DNA of 64,000 nucleotides from Syntrophales bacterium (GCA_963668175.1 OY764159.1:1152001-1216000), one strand, 5' to 3'. Shown: positions 21,685 to 32,348, counted from the first letter of the stretch. Notes: generated from the letters alone by a model not told the origin. Numbers and translations are program-made.

Positions 21685-22641
21685 ATGCCGGACATAAGTT
21701 CCATACCCCGACTTGTTATCCTCGTCGGTCCCACCTGTACCGGGAAGACGGATGCCGCCGTCCGGATAGCCGGGGAAGTCGGGGGGGAAATTATCAGCGC
21801 CGATTCGATGCAGGTCTATCGTTACATGGATATCGGAACGGCCAAGCCGGACCGGATGCAACGGTCGGCCGTTCCCCATCACGGCCTCGATCTCGTCGAC
21901 CCGGACGAGCCGTTCAATGCTTCCCTCTTTGTCGGGGAAGCCGATAGGATCATCGATCGTTTGCATGCACGGCAAGTGCCCGCTTTCGTGGTCGGCGGAA
22001 CTGGTCTCTACATCAAGGCCCTCCTCGGGGGGCTTCTCGACGGACCCGGGGCGGACGAAGCCCTGAGGGCGCATTACAGAAAAGAGGCGGCCGTCCACGG
22101 TAAGGCGTACCTCCATGAACAGCTTCAGGAGAAGGACCCCCAGGCGGCAGCCGCCATTGACCCCCGGGACGCCGCGCGGGTGATTCGGGCCCTGGAGGTA
22201 TTCGATTTGACAGGTGTTTCCATCGTCGAACGCCAGAAGGCCCATCGCTTCAACCGGCAGAGATACGCTTGTTTCAAGATCGGCCTGACGATGGAGCGGG
22301 ATGCCCTCTTCGAGAGGATCGACCGCAGGACCGACCGCATGATGGCGGCGGGATTCGTGGACGAGGTGCAGTCGCTGCTTGAGCAAGGCTATGCGCCGGA
22401 ACTCAAGGCCATGCAGTCCCTGGGTTACAGGCAGATCGTCGGTTATTTGCAGGGATTGTACAGCCTCGACGAGGCAGTCCGGCTTATAAAACGCGATACG
22501 AGGCATTATGCCAAGCGCCAGATGACCTGGTTCAAGGCTGACAAGGTCATTCAATGGGTATCCGGCGGAGATATAGATTTTATCGGGAGAGAAATCAGGG
22601 AATTCCTTGGCCGGCCGGAGTTGCCTGCGTCCGGACACTGA
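21685..22641 (+). CDS. miaA: tRNA dimethylallyltransferase
   Basis: GPTCTGKT, SADSMQVY, VGGTGLY, TRHYAKRQMTWF. Confidence 0.98.
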   Translation: MPDISSIPRLVILVGPTCTGKTDAAVRIAGEVGGEIISADSMQVYRYMDIGTAKPDRMQRSAVPHHGLDLVDPDEPFNASLFVGEADRIIDRLHARQVPAFVVGGTGLYIKALLGGLLDGPGADEALRAHYRKEAAVHGKAYLHEQLQEKDPQAAAAIDPRDAARVIRALEVFDLTGVSIVERQKAHRFNRQRYACFKIGLTMERDALFERIDRRTDRMMAAGFVDEVQSLLEQGYAPELKAMQSLGYRQIVGYLQGLYSLDEAVRLIKRDTRHYAKRQMTWFKADKVIQWVSGGDIDFIGREIREFLGRPELPASGH

Positions 22642-22754
22642 ATTTTCTTGACTTCAATATGCTATGATTGTAGATACATGTCCAAGTTCCATGTCTTCGC
22701 GTTGATCAAAGCCGGGAAAGATTTGGTGAGGGTTCAAAATGAAAGGAGACTTCT

Positions 22755-23921
22755 ATGTTTAAACAGATGAAACGTCAGAAACGGTTCCTATTCATGGCCG
22801 TCATTGCCGCCGCGATGCTGGTTATCTCCTGCGGGCCGCAGGCCGTCAAGCCCACCAGCGAAATGGACGATCCTGGTCACCACACCAATATGGGCATCAG
22901 GTTCCTGAACGAGGGCAATATCGGCGAAGCCCAGAACTCTTTCGCGCGCGCCATCCAGCTCAATCCAAAATTTTCCATGGCTAACGCGGGCTTAGGCATC
23001 GTGAAGGCTTATCAGAACGACTTCAAGGCCGCCTCCGGATATATCGACCGGGCCTGGAACCTCGCCTCCACGTCGGAAGAGAAAGTCTTTGCCTATGTGG
23101 CGTACATTCGCCTCTACACAATGAGCAAGGACCCGTCGAACTGGCTCAATCTGGCGAGAGAGAAGTTCGATTTTGCCGTCCAGACCGATCCGCGGTCGGC
23201 TCTTCCTTACTATTTCATGGGATTAGCCTACAAGGCGGCCCTGGAATTCGACAAAGCGGAAGGCATGTTTGCCAAAGTCATCGATCTTAAAGGCGACTAT
23301 ACCGCCGAGGCCAACGCCCAGTGGGAATTGATCCAGAAGATCAAGAGGGCCATGCCCGGAACCCTAACGGGTAAGAAGATTGCCATCGTGGAGAAAATTA
23401 CCCGTGCGGACACCGCCGCCCTTTTCATGGAAGAGCTGAAAATTGACAAGCTGTACGAGAGAAGAACCCCCAAGAAATTCGATACGAGCTTCAAGGACCC
23501 CGATAAGGCCAAGGAGAAACCGCGGGGGCCCGCTACGGCGTCCGACATTGCCGACAGCCCCTTAAGATCCGATATCGAGGGTATCCTCAGGGTCGGTGTC
23601 CGCGGTCTGGAAGTGAATACGGACGGCACCTTCGATCCGTTGGGACTGGTCAGGAGGGGGCCCTACGCCATGATGATTGAGGATATCCTGATCAGGGTAA
23701 CCGGCGACGAGAAGCTGGCCACCAAGTTCATCGGCAGCACGTCCACCTTCCCCGACCTGCGGTCCGATCTGCCCTATTTCAACGCCGTCATGGTCGTGAC
23801 CTCCAGGGGTATTATGAAAGGAAATATCGCCACCGGACAGTTCGATCCGGAAGGCACCGTATCGGGCGTAGATGCCTTGCTGATTATCAGGGAATTCAAA
23901 GAGCAGCTTAACTTCAGATAA
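22755..23921 (+). CDS. TPR lipoprotein with C-terminal SLH-like repeats
   Basis: Lipobox VISC; TPR-like helices; DGTFDPLGLVRR and GQFDPEGTVSG SLH-like segments. Confidence 0.7.
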   Translation: MFKQMKRQKRFLFMAVIAAAMLVISCGPQAVKPTSEMDDPGHHTNMGIRFLNEGNIGEAQNSFARAIQLNPKFSMANAGLGIVKAYQNDFKAASGYIDRAWNLASTSEEKVFAYVAYIRLYTMSKDPSNWLNLAREKFDFAVQTDPRSALPYYFMGLAYKAALEFDKAEGMFAKVIDLKGDYTAEANAQWELIQKIKRAMPGTLTGKKIAIVEKITRADTAALFMEELKIDKLYERRTPKKFDTSFKDPDKAKEKPRGPATASDIADSPLRSDIEGILRVGVRGLEVNTDGTFDPLGLVRRGPYAMMIEDILIRVTGDEKLATKFIGSTSTFPDLRSDLPYFNAVMVVTSRGIMKGNIATGQFDPEGTVSGVDALLIIREFKEQLNFR

Positions 23922-23938
23922 CAAAAGATTTATCAACT

Positions 23939-23995
23939 AGCTAAAGGCTGCGGGCAGATTTTCACTGATACACCTCGCGCCTTTAGCTTTTTTTT
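23939..23995 (+). terminator. Probable terminator
   Basis: AGCTAAAGGC...GCCTTTAGCT followed by a T run. Confidence 0.6.
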
Positions 23996-24018
23996 GATTT
24001 CGATCAGGGAGACCGTCG

Positions 24019-26676
24019 ATGGAAGAGACATCACTGGCCAAGTCATTTGAGCCTCACGAAGCAGAATCAAAATGGTACCGGTATTGGATAGAGAAAGGGT
24101 TTTTCAAGGCCGACGATCACAGCTCCAAGCCCCAGTTCTCCATCGTCATTCCGCCGCCGAACGTTACAGGGATGCTCCACATGGGGCACGCCCTCAACAA
24201 CACCCTCCAGGATGTCATGATTCGCTTCCGCAGGATGCAGGGCTACAATGCCATGTGGATGCCGGGTATGGATCACGCGGGGATTGCCACCCAGAACGTC
24301 GTCGAGCAGGAACTCGCCAAAGAAGGTATTTCGCGGCATGAGCTGGGCAGGGAAAAGTTCGTCGCGCGGGTCTGGCAGTGGAAGGAAAAATACGGCGGCG
24401 TGATCATCAACCAGTTGAAAAGGCTGGGTTGCTCCTGCGACTGGGACCGGGAGCGTTTCACCATGGACGAAGGGCTCTCCCGGGCGGTGCGCGAGGCATT
24501 CGTCCGTCTCTATAACGACGGCCTCATTTACCAGGGCGACTATATCGTCAACTGGTGCCCCCGCTGCCATACGGCCATTTCGGACCTGGAGGTCGAATAC
24601 AAGGAAGAACCCGGCTTCCTGTGGAACATCCGGTACCCTTACGCGGACGGCAGCGGCGATATCATCGTGGCCACGACCCGGCCGGAAACGATGCTCGGCG
24701 ATACGGCCGTGGCCGTGAATCCGGACGACGCGCGCTACAAGGACAAGGTGGGCAAGGAAGTCATCCTGCCCCTCGTCAACAAGAAAATACCGGTGATCGC
24801 CGACAGCTATGTCACGGTGGAATTCGGTTCCGGCGCCGTGAAGATCACCCCGTCGGCCGATCCCAACGACTTCGCCATCGCGGGGCGCCATAATCTGGAA
24901 ATCATCAAGATCATGGACGGCAATGCCGTCATCAACGAGAACGGGGGGAAGTACCAGGGACAGGACCGCTACGAGGCACGGAAGAATATCGTGGCCGACC
25001 TGGAGAAAGAAGGATATCTCGTCAGTACGGAACCCTACGTTCATAACATCGGCCAGTGCTACCGCTGCCGGACGGACATCGAACCTTTCGTCTCCCGCCA
25101 GTGGTTCGTGAAGATCAAGCCTCTGGCGAAAGCCGCCAATGCCGCCGTGATCAAGGGCAAGACGAAGATCGTGCCCTCCATGTGGGAGGGGACCTATTTC
25201 GAATGGATGAACAACATCCGCGACTGGTGTATTTCCCGGCAGATCTGGTGGGGGCACCGGATTCCCGTCTGGACATGCGAGGGATGCGGCAGGATGATCG
25301 TGGCGACGGACGATCCCGACAAGTGTCCCGATTGCGGCGGGACGAAGCTCAAACAGGAAGAGGACGTGCTCGATACGTGGTTCAGTTCCGCCCTCTGGCC
25401 CTTCTCCACCCTGGGCTGGCCCGACAAGACCCCGGCGCTCAAGACCTTCTACCCGACGTCGCTTCTGGTCACAGGTTTCGACATCCTTTTCTTCTGGGTG
25501 GCCAGGATGATGATGATGGGGATCTATATCATGAAGGACGTCCCTTTCCGGGATGTTTGCCTTCATGCCCTGGTCCGGGACGAAAAGGGCGACAAGATGA
25601 GCAAGTCCAAGGGGAACATCATCGATCCCCTGGAGATGATCGACAAGTACGGCACGGACGCCTTCCGGTTCACGCTGGTTGCTTTCACGGCCCAGGGCCG
25701 GGATGTGCGCATGTCGGAAGATCGCATCCAGGGCTACAAGTTCTTCGTCAACAAGATTTGGAATGCCCTGCGTTTCTCGCAGATGAACCTGGCCGACTAT
25801 CCGAAAACGACGCCGGCCGGTCCCATGACGGACGAGACGCTGCCGGACCGCTGGATCCGTTCGCGTCTCGCAAAGACCGCCGCCGACGTGGTGACCAGTC
25901 TCGATGAATACCGGTTCAACGATGCCGCCGCGGCCATCTACCAGTTCATCTGGCATGAGCTGTGCGACTGGTACCTCGAACTCGGCAAGCCCGTTTTGTA
26001 TGCCCGGGACAACGCCGCCGAGCGGCTTGCCGCCCAGCATACCCTGTATGAGGTTCTCAAGGACGCCCTGAAGCTGCTCCATCCGGTGATGCCCTTCCTG
26101 ACGGAAGAGATCTGGCAACACCTTGTCAACGACGGCACGTCCATTATGATCAGCGACTTCCCCAAGCCGGAGGCGATGAAGAGGGACGAGGAGGTCGAGA
26201 AACAGATGGAACTGGTCATGGGGATCATCAACCGCGTAAGAAACATCCGGGGCGAGATGAACATCGCCCCGTCGAAGAAGCTCAAGGTTCTGGTTACGTC
26301 TGCGGACCGCGCGTCGCTCGATCTGGTCGAAAAGAGCGTTGTTTATGTCAAGACGCTGGCCAACCTGGATGCCATCGAGATATCGTCCGGCAGCGAGGAG
26401 CCGAAGGGCGCCGCGACAGGCGTCGTCGGGACCATGAAGGTTTTCGTCCTCCTGGAAGGAATGATCGACATCGCCGGAGAACGCGCCAGGCTTGAAAAAG
26501 AATTGGCCCGGGTGAGCAAGGACCTTACCGTCGTGCAGAAGAAGCTCGCCAACAGCGATTTCCGCGAAAAGGCGGCCGCCGCCGTTGTGGAGAAGGAAGA
26601 AGAAAAGTACAAACAATTCATGGAAAAGCATGCCGTCCTGGAAGCGGCCATAGGCAAACTGAAACAGATGGCCTGA
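24019..26676 (+). CDS. valS: Valine--tRNA ligase
   Basis: PPPNVTGMLHMGHA, DWCISRQIWWGH, KMSKS, C-terminal coiled coil. Confidence 0.99.
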   Translation: MEETSLAKSFEPHEAESKWYRYWIEKGFFKADDHSSKPQFSIVIPPPNVTGMLHMGHALNNTLQDVMIRFRRMQGYNAMWMPGMDHAGIATQNVVEQELAKEGISRHELGREKFVARVWQWKEKYGGVIINQLKRLGCSCDWDRERFTMDEGLSRAVREAFVRLYNDGLIYQGDYIVNWCPRCHTAISDLEVEYKEEPGFLWNIRYPYADGSGDIIVATTRPETMLGDTAVAVNPDDARYKDKVGKEVILPLVNKKIPVIADSYVTVEFGSGAVKITPSADPNDFAIAGRHNLEIIKIMDGNAVINENGGKYQGQDRYEARKNIVADLEKEGYLVSTEPYVHNIGQCYRCRTDIEPFVSRQWFVKIKPLAKAANAAVIKGKTKIVPSMWEGTYFEWMNNIRDWCISRQIWWGHRIPVWTCEGCGRMIVATDDPDKCPDCGGTKLKQEEDVLDTWFSSALWPFSTLGWPDKTPALKTFYPTSLLVTGFDILFFWVARMMMMGIYIMKDVPFRDVCLHALVRDEKGDKMSKSKGNIIDPLEMIDKYGTDAFRFTLVAFTAQGRDVRMSEDRIQGYKFFVNKIWNALRFSQMNLADYPKTTPAGPMTDETLPDRWIRSRLAKTAADVVTSLDEYRFNDAAAAIYQFIWHELCDWYLELGKPVLYARDNAAERLAAQHTLYEVLKDALKLLHPVMPFLTEEIWQHLVNDGTSIMISDFPKPEAMKRDEEVEKQMELVMGIINRVRNIRGEMNIAPSKKLKVLVTSADRASLDLVEKSVVYVKTLANLDAIEISSGSEEPKGAATGVVGTMKVFVLLEGMIDIAGERARLEKELARVSKDLTVVQKKLANSDFREKAAAAVVEKEEEKYKQFMEKHAVLEAAIGKLKQMA

Positions 26677-26716
26677 TGCGGGGAACGGGGAAGCGGAATT
26701 CTTTTCCCCGCTGAAG

Positions 26717-27568
26717 ATGGAAGATGAAAAGATGATTCCAAAGCATACACTCCGGACCGTCATCCGGGCGGCCCTGCAAGAAGATATCGGCCGGCGGGAT
26801 GTAACGACCGCGGCGGTCCTGACCGGCGGGGAAACAGGCAGGGCTCAGGCCGTCGCCAAATCGGACATGGTCGTTGCCGGCCTTGAGGTCTTCCGGGAGA
26901 CGTTTCTCTCCCTCGATGCGACCCTCGTCTTTACCGGCCTTTGTGAGGACGGACGGCCGGCGGCCCCGGGAGACGTGCTGGCGGAGATTTCGGGCCGTCT
27001 TGCATCCATTCTGACGGCCGAGCGTGTGGCTCTCAATCTGTTCCAGCGTATGTGCGGCATCGCCTCGGTGACGAGCCGTTATGTCGCCGCAATCGAGGGG
27101 ACCGGGGCAAAGATCCTCGACACGAGAAAGACCCTGCCCGGTCTCAGGGTGCTGGACAAGTACGCCGTCAAAGTCGGAGGCGGTTTCAACCACCGCTTCG
27201 GTCTCGACGACGGCGTCCTGATTAAGGACAACCATATTGCCGCCGCCGGCGGCATCCGCGAAGCGTTGATGCGCATTCGAGGACAGGTGCCCCATACCAT
27301 GAAGGTGGAGGTGGAGGTCAGGAACCGGCAGGAGCTGGCGGAAGCGCTGGGCTCCGGCGCCGACGTGATCATGCTCGACAACATGAGCCCGGACGATATG
27401 AAGGCGGCTGTTTTCCTGGTCGGCGGCGCGATCCCTCTGGAGGCTTCCGGCAACGTGACCCTGGCGAACGTAAGACAAATAGCGGAGACAGGCGTGGACT
27501 ACATCTCCGTAGGTGCCTTGACCCATTCCGTAACTGCTGCGGATATATCATTGAAGATCAATTCATAA
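26717..27568 (+). CDS. nadC: Quinolinate phosphoribosyltransferase
   Basis: ERVALN, DTRKTLPG, LIKDNH, MLDN, EASGN; start could be 26732. Confidence 0.97.
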   Translation: MEDEKMIPKHTLRTVIRAALQEDIGRRDVTTAAVLTGGETGRAQAVAKSDMVVAGLEVFRETFLSLDATLVFTGLCEDGRPAAPGDVLAEISGRLASILTAERVALNLFQRMCGIASVTSRYVAAIEGTGAKILDTRKTLPGLRVLDKYAVKVGGGFNHRFGLDDGVLIKDNHIAAAGGIREALMRIRGQVPHTMKVEVEVRNRQELAEALGSGADVIMLDNMSPDDMKAAVFLVGGAIPLEASGNVTLANVRQIAETGVDYISVGALTHSVTAADISLKINS

Positions 27569-27653
27569 TCTTCCTTCCTGCGGTTTCAAATCGTGCGTGT
27601 GCATGGTCAAGAAGTCAGGGTGTGGATACAAACAGTATTGGTGAGGATGTCTC

Positions 27654-28475
27654 ATGGATAGCGAGTCTGATACCCGGCATCCGTCCGATATCAGCGAACA
27701 GGCCATCAGCGAACGAATGCGTGGATCGGTAATCGGCCGAGTTGTCCATTATCTGGACGAAATCGATTCGACGAACGCTTACGCGTTCAAGGCGGCCCTT
27801 AGGGGGGCGCCGGAAGGGACCGTCGTCGTTGCGGACCGGCAAACGAAGGGGAGGGGCCGCCTGGACAGAACCTGGGAATCGCCGCCCCGCTGCAACATCT
27901 ATACGTCGCTTATCCTGAGACCCGATATCGAGCTTGTTCGCGCCCCGCAATTGACGCTGTTGGCGGGCGTGGCCGTCGCCGAAGCGATCGACGCCCTCTG
28001 TCCGGGACTGGCGACGCTCAAGTGGCCGAATGACGTTCAGATCCGGGGGAAAAAGGTATGCGGCATCCTGACGGAGATGAGGAGCACCGCTTCGGGAATC
28101 GATAGCGTCGTCGTCGGCATCGGCATCAATGTGAACCTGTCTATGGCCGATGCCAGCCCGGATATCAGGGATATGGCCATTTCCCTGAGAGAAGCGGCTC
28201 AGAAGGAATTCTCGCGGTTGGATGTACTCGCCGCGCTTTATGGCGCATTTGAGAGGCTGTACGGTGTTTTTCTCAGGGAGGGTTTTGCGCCCGTCAGGTT
28301 GCAGTGGCTGAAATTCTTCGGCATGACGGGACAGCGGATACAAGTTGCGTTTAAGGATCAAATAGAAACCGGCAAGGTGGCGGGGATCGACCATGACGGC
28401 GCCCTGCTCATCATCGACGAGAAAGGGACCGAGCGACGAATCTATGCCGGCGATGCCACCATTGTTAAGGAGTAA
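27654..28475 (+). CDS. birA: Biotin--protein ligase without an N-terminal HTH
   Basis: DSTN, QTKGRGR, KWPND, KKVCGILTE, GIGINVN. Confidence 0.95.
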   Translation: MDSESDTRHPSDISEQAISERMRGSVIGRVVHYLDEIDSTNAYAFKAALRGAPEGTVVVADRQTKGRGRLDRTWESPPRCNIYTSLILRPDIELVRAPQLTLLAGVAVAEAIDALCPGLATLKWPNDVQIRGKKVCGILTEMRSTASGIDSVVVGIGINVNLSMADASPDIRDMAISLREAAQKEFSRLDVLAALYGAFERLYGVFLREGFAPVRLQWLKFFGMTGQRIQVAFKDQIETGKVAGIDHDGALLIIDEKGTERRIYAGDATIVKE

Positions 28476-28478
28476 CTT

Positions 28479-29264
28479 ATGCTATTGGTTATAGATGTCG
28501 GTAATACGAATACGGTCCTGGGGGTGTTCGACGGGATGGAATTGATTCACGACTGGCGTATCCGCACCGTCGTCGACCACACGGTCGATGAATACGGGAT
28601 GCTGATCTATACGCTTTACAAGACCAGCCGCATCAGTTCGCGGGTCGTCGATGATATCATCATATCCTGCGTCGTCCCGCCCATGCTCAACATCCTGGAA
28701 CCCCTATGCGAAAAATATTTCAACATCAAGCCCCTGATTGTAGGACCCGGTGTGAAGACGGGCATGCCCATCTATTACGACAACCCCCGGGAAGTGGGGG
28801 CCGACCGCATCGTGAACGCCGTTGCCGCATTCGAAAAATACGGCAAGGAATTGATCATTGTCGACTTCGGGACCGCCACGACCTTCGACTATGTTTCGGC
28901 GAAGGGGGAATACATGGGCGGCTGCATTGCCCCGGGCATCATGATATCGAGCGAAGCGCTGTTCGAACGGGCCGCGAAGCTCCCGCGGGTGGAACTCAGC
29001 AGACCCAAGTCGATCATCGCCAAGGATACGAGCAGCAGCATGCAGGCCGGCATCATGTTCGGCTATGCGGGGCTCGTCGACGGCATCGTGGAGCGCATCA
29101 AGGCCGAAGTGAAAACGAATCCCAAGGTCGTTGCCACGGGAGGGTTGGCCAAGGTTATCGCGCCGGAAACGCGGACGATCGACGTCGTCGATGAGATGCT
29201 CACCCTCGAAGGCCTCAGGCTGATACACGGCCGCAACAGACCGTTGGGAACGGAAACATGCTGA
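28479..29264 (+). CDS. coaX: Type III pantothenate kinase
   Basis: [28 protein letters not shown]. Confidence 0.97.
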   Translation: MLLVIDVGNTNTVLGVFDGMELIHDWRIRTVVDHTVDEYGMLIYTLYKTSRISSRVVDDIIISCVVPPMLNILEPLCEKYFNIKPLIVGPGVKTGMPIYYDNPREVGADRIVNAVAAFEKYGKELIIVDFGTATTFDYVSAKGEYMGGCIAPGIMISSEALFERAAKLPRVELSRPKSIIAKDTSSSMQAGIMFGYAGLVDGIVERIKAEVKTNPKVVATGGLAKVIAPETRTIDVVDEMLTLEGLRLIHGRNRPLGTETC

Positions 29265-29896
29265 ATGTCGGATTGACGGGCGGAATCGGCTGCGGAAAAT
29301 CAACCGTGGCCAAGATGCTTGCCGACAAGGGCGCCCACGTGATCGATTTCGACGTCCTGACGCACCGGGTCCAGGAACCCGGCCAGGCGGCCTGGCGGGC
29401 CATTATCGACCGCTTCGGCGAAGGCGTTTTGAATCCCGACCGCACGATCGATCGCACGCGGCTCGGATCGGTGGTCCTTGCGGACCCGGAGAAACTCCGA
29501 CATCTCAACGACATTGTCCACCCCGTCGTCCTGGCGGAGTGGCGTCGGCTGCTTGCGGAGATAGAGAAGGGGCATCCCGAGGCGATCGTGCTGTCCGATA
29601 TCCCGCTCTTAATCGAGGCAGGCCTGAAAGGCCTCTTCGACCTGGTCGTCCTGGTCTACGCATCGCCTGAAGATCAGATCAGGCGCATCATGGAGAGGAA
29701 CGGCTACAGCCGGGACGAAGCACAAAAAAGGCTTTCCGTCCAGATGCCCATCGACGAAAAACTCAAGCATGCCGACATCGTCGTCCGCAACGAGGCGTCC
29801 CTCGACCGGACGCGGGACGATGTGGACCAGGTATGGAAGGAATTCATTGCCAAAGAACGAGAAAAGCGAAAAGGCAATACCATAAAGGGAGGTTAA
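29258..29896 (+). CDS. coaE: Dephospho-CoA kinase
   Basis: [25 protein letters not shown]. Confidence 0.96.
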   Translation: MLNVGLTGGIGCGKSTVAKMLADKGAHVIDFDVLTHRVQEPGQAAWRAIIDRFGEGVLNPDRTIDRTRLGSVVLADPEKLRHLNDIVHPVVLAEWRRLLAEIEKGHPEAIVLSDIPLLIEAGLKGLFDLVVLVYASPEDQIRRIMERNGYSRDEAQKRLSVQMPIDEKLKHADIVVRNEASLDRTRDDVDQVWKEFIAKEREKRKGNTIKGG

Positions 29897-29900
29897 GAGC

Positions 29901-30515
29901 ATGATAGAGAAGAATGTCGTTACAGATTTCAGTCCCACTGCCTTTGATCCGGTTATCGATCCGACAACGTATGTGCATCCCCTGGCTTCGGTTATCGGTA
30001 ATGTCATCCTGGGCAAAAACATCATGGTGTCTCCGACGGCGTGCATCCGGGGGGACGAGGGGCAGCCGCTGTTCGTCGGCGACGACTCCAATGTCCAGGA
30101 CGGCGTCGTCATTCACGCCCTGGAGACGGAGAGCCACGGGAAACCGGTGGAGAAGAACCTTTGCGAAGTGGGCGGCAGGAAATACGGCGTCTATGTCGGC
30201 TGTCGGGTGTCCATGGCCCATCAGGCCCAGGTGCACGGACCGGCCGTGGTCCTCGACGATACTTTCGTCGGGATGAAGGCCCTGGTTTTCAAGGCCTCAG
30301 TCGGTAAAAATTGCGTGGTGGAGCCGGGCGCGATCCTTCTTGGCGTGAAGGTGGCGGACGGCCGGTACGTACCCGCGGGTTCCATTGTGAACAGCCAGAG
30401 CCAGGCGGACGCGCTGCCGGCGATTACGAACGATTATGCCTTTAAGGACCTGAATAAAGGCGTTGTGCACGTGAATACGTCCCTGGCGAAGGGATATCTG
30501 GCGGCGAAAAAGTAG
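29901..30515 (+). CDS. Gamma-class carbonic anhydrase (Cam-like)
   Basis: Hexapeptide repeats, IRGDEG, SNVQDGVVIH, AHQAQVHGP Zn ligands. Confidence 0.9.
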   Translation: MIEKNVVTDFSPTAFDPVIDPTTYVHPLASVIGNVILGKNIMVSPTACIRGDEGQPLFVGDDSNVQDGVVIHALETESHGKPVEKNLCEVGGRKYGVYVGCRVSMAHQAQVHGPAVVLDDTFVGMKALVFKASVGKNCVVEPGAILLGVKVADGRYVPAGSIVNSQSQADALPAITNDYAFKDLNKGVVHVNTSLAKGYLAAKK

Positions 30516-30521
30516 GACGGC

Positions 30522-30992
30522 ATGACGGCACCGGATCACACATACCTTTTCCGGGAGGCGCTCTGGAAGGCCGAAGGGACTTACCGGGACACGGCGGGGG
30601 CGGTTTACCCCGTTGAGGGAGAATCGACGGTCAGCCACGGCGCCGATGCCTGGTCCATTGAAGGGTATCTGCGCCTCTTCGGCGACGAGAGGGCGGCCTT
30701 CGTTACGAGCTGTCGGGTTGAGCCCTTCGCGACGGCGGCGGTGTATACCTCCTGGGTATCGGACAGCCCGCATCTCGGCAGGATGGAGGGCCGGTTCGCC
30801 GTCGTCGAGGATGTGATCCTGTCCCATTTCCAGTCGGATGACGGACACTGCGGCGGTTCGGAATGTTTCCGGAGGATTGACGCCCATACGTATCGAAGCC
30901 GCGGAGTCCTTTACAGAGATGGAAGCCTTGTGTCGTCCTGGGCCGTGCATTGGGCCATGCGCCGCGGAACGGGAGGAAAAAAGCGAACATGA
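30522..30992 (+). CDS. Hypothetical protein (beta-rich)
   Basis: Fills the operon gap; its stop overlaps the queF start (ATGA). Confidence 0.65.
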   Translation: MTAPDHTYLFREALWKAEGTYRDTAGAVYPVEGESTVSHGADAWSIEGYLRLFGDERAAFVTSCRVEPFATAAVYTSWVSDSPHLGRMEGRFAVVEDVILSHFQSDDGHCGGSECFRRIDAHTYRSRGVLYRDGSLVSSWAVHWAMRRGTGGKKRT

Positions 30993-31426
30993 CAAAGAAG
31001 AAAGCGACTCCAAAAATGGCATCGAAAAAGGGACGTTCCCCTGCCGCGGCCGGGCTGACCATCCTCGGCAGGGAGGCGAAGCCGGCACGGGTCCTGGAGA
31101 CGTTCCCGAACCGGCATCCCGGGAGGGACTATACCGTCACCCTGCGGACGGACGAATTCACGTGCGTCTGTCCCGTCACCGGACAGCCCGATTTTGCCCG
31201 GATAACGATCAAGTATATCCCGGACAAGGTCATCGTCGAATCCAAGTCGCTGAAGATGTATTTTCAGTCTTTTCGTAACGAAGGCGTTTTTCACGAGCAC
31301 GTGACCAACATGATCCTCGACGACCTGGTGTCCGTTCTCAAGCCCAAGTGGTGTCTGGTCACCGGCGATTTTTCCGTGCGCGGCGGAATCGCCATCGTCG
31401 TGGACGCCGAGTACGGGAAGAAGTGA
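30989..31426 (+). CDS. queF: PreQ0 reductase (unimodular QueF)
   Basis: EFTCVCPVTGQPDFA, VESKSLKMY, FHE, RGGI. Confidence 0.95.
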   Translation: MTKKKATPKMASKKGRSPAAAGLTILGREAKPARVLETFPNRHPGRDYTVTLRTDEFTCVCPVTGQPDFARITIKYIPDKVIVESKSLKMYFQSFRNEGVFHEHVTNMILDDLVSVLKPKWCLVTGDFSVRGGIAIVVDAEYGKK

Positions 31427-31433
31427 GGAGACC

Positions 31434-32144
31434 ATGCCCCATTACCGCTGGTTCGCGACGATAACCGCCGTTTTTGTCACGAGCCTCATCGTCTCCAATA
31501 TTATCGCCGTGAAGCTGATTTCGGTGGGGCCTTTGGCCCTGACTGCGGCCGTGGTGATCTTTCCCGTTTCCTATATCTTCGGCGACGTCCTGACGGAGGT
31601 TTACGGGTATGGACGCGCCCGCCAGGTCATCTGGATCGGTTTCGGCTGCAACGTGCTCGCCGTGGCGGCGATTTACTTAAGTATCCGCCTGCCCGCGTCC
31701 CCTTTCTGGGCGGCCGGTTCCCTGGAGTCCGCGCAGGCCTCCCAGCAAGCCTATGAAGCCGTTCTGGGATTCGCTCCGCGGCTTCTTCTGGCTTCGTTTA
31801 TCGCCTATCTCGTGGGCGAGTTCGTCAATTCGTTCATCATGGCCAAGATGAAGATCCTGAGCCGCGGCCGCCACTTATGGATGCGGACCATCGGCTCTAC
31901 CGTCGTCGGCCAGTTGGTCGATTCGGGGATTTTCATCCTGGTAGCCTTTGTCGGCGTCGTCCCCACCGACCGGCTGGTTCCCATCATCGTCTCCCAGTGG
32001 CTGGTGAAATCGGCGTACGAGGCCCTGTCCACGCCGCTGACTTATGTCGTTGTTTTCTATCTTAAAAAGTCGGAGAAGGTTGACCATTACGATCACGCGA
32101 CGGATTTCAACCCTTTCCTGTGGAATGAATTGCGGAGGCCTTGA
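31434..32144 (+). CDS. yhhQ: Queuosine precursor transporter (VUT/YhhQ family)
   Basis: SNIIAVK, DVLTEVYGY, RTIGSTVVGQLVDS; adjacent to queF. Confidence 0.9.
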   Translation: MPHYRWFATITAVFVTSLIVSNIIAVKLISVGPLALTAAVVIFPVSYIFGDVLTEVYGYGRARQVIWIGFGCNVLAVAAIYLSIRLPASPFWAAGSLESAQASQQAYEAVLGFAPRLLLASFIAYLVGEFVNSFIMAKMKILSRGRHLWMRTIGSTVVGQLVDSGIFILVAFVGVVPTDRLVPIIVSQWLVKSAYEALSTPLTYVVVFYLKKSEKVDHYDHATDFNPFLWNELRRP

Positions 32145-32147
32145 GGC

Positions 32148-32348
32148 ATGAGCGACAAGCGCGTTTCAGAAAAGAAAAGGAAGATGGCTGAGCGGTGCCT
32201 GGAATGTCCCGTATGCCGGCATGCAAGAAAGAAGCAACGGGGGCCCGTCTTCTGGTTTGTCCGCACCATCGAGGGCGATCTCTGTCCCTGGTGCAAGGCG
32301 TACGAAGAGGTGTACGGAAGGAAGGCTCACGAACCGACAGGCGGATGA
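32148..32348 (+). CDS. Small Cys-rich hypothetical protein
   Basis: CLECPVC...CPWC; starts 4 nt after the yhhQ stop. Confidence 0.65.
   Translation: MSDKRVSEKKRKMAERCLECPVCRHARKKQRGPVFWFVRTIEGDLCPWCKAYEEVYGRKAHEPTGG

Noticed and set aside
24067..26763. Long antisense ORFs (898 aa here; also 485-1693, 10518-12137, 20908-22638 and others)
   Set aside because: Shadow frames opposite well-supported genes, expected from GC-rich codon bias
30900..31434. preQ1 riboswitch before queF/yhhQ
   Set aside because: Genes are translationally coupled with no leader and no motif seen
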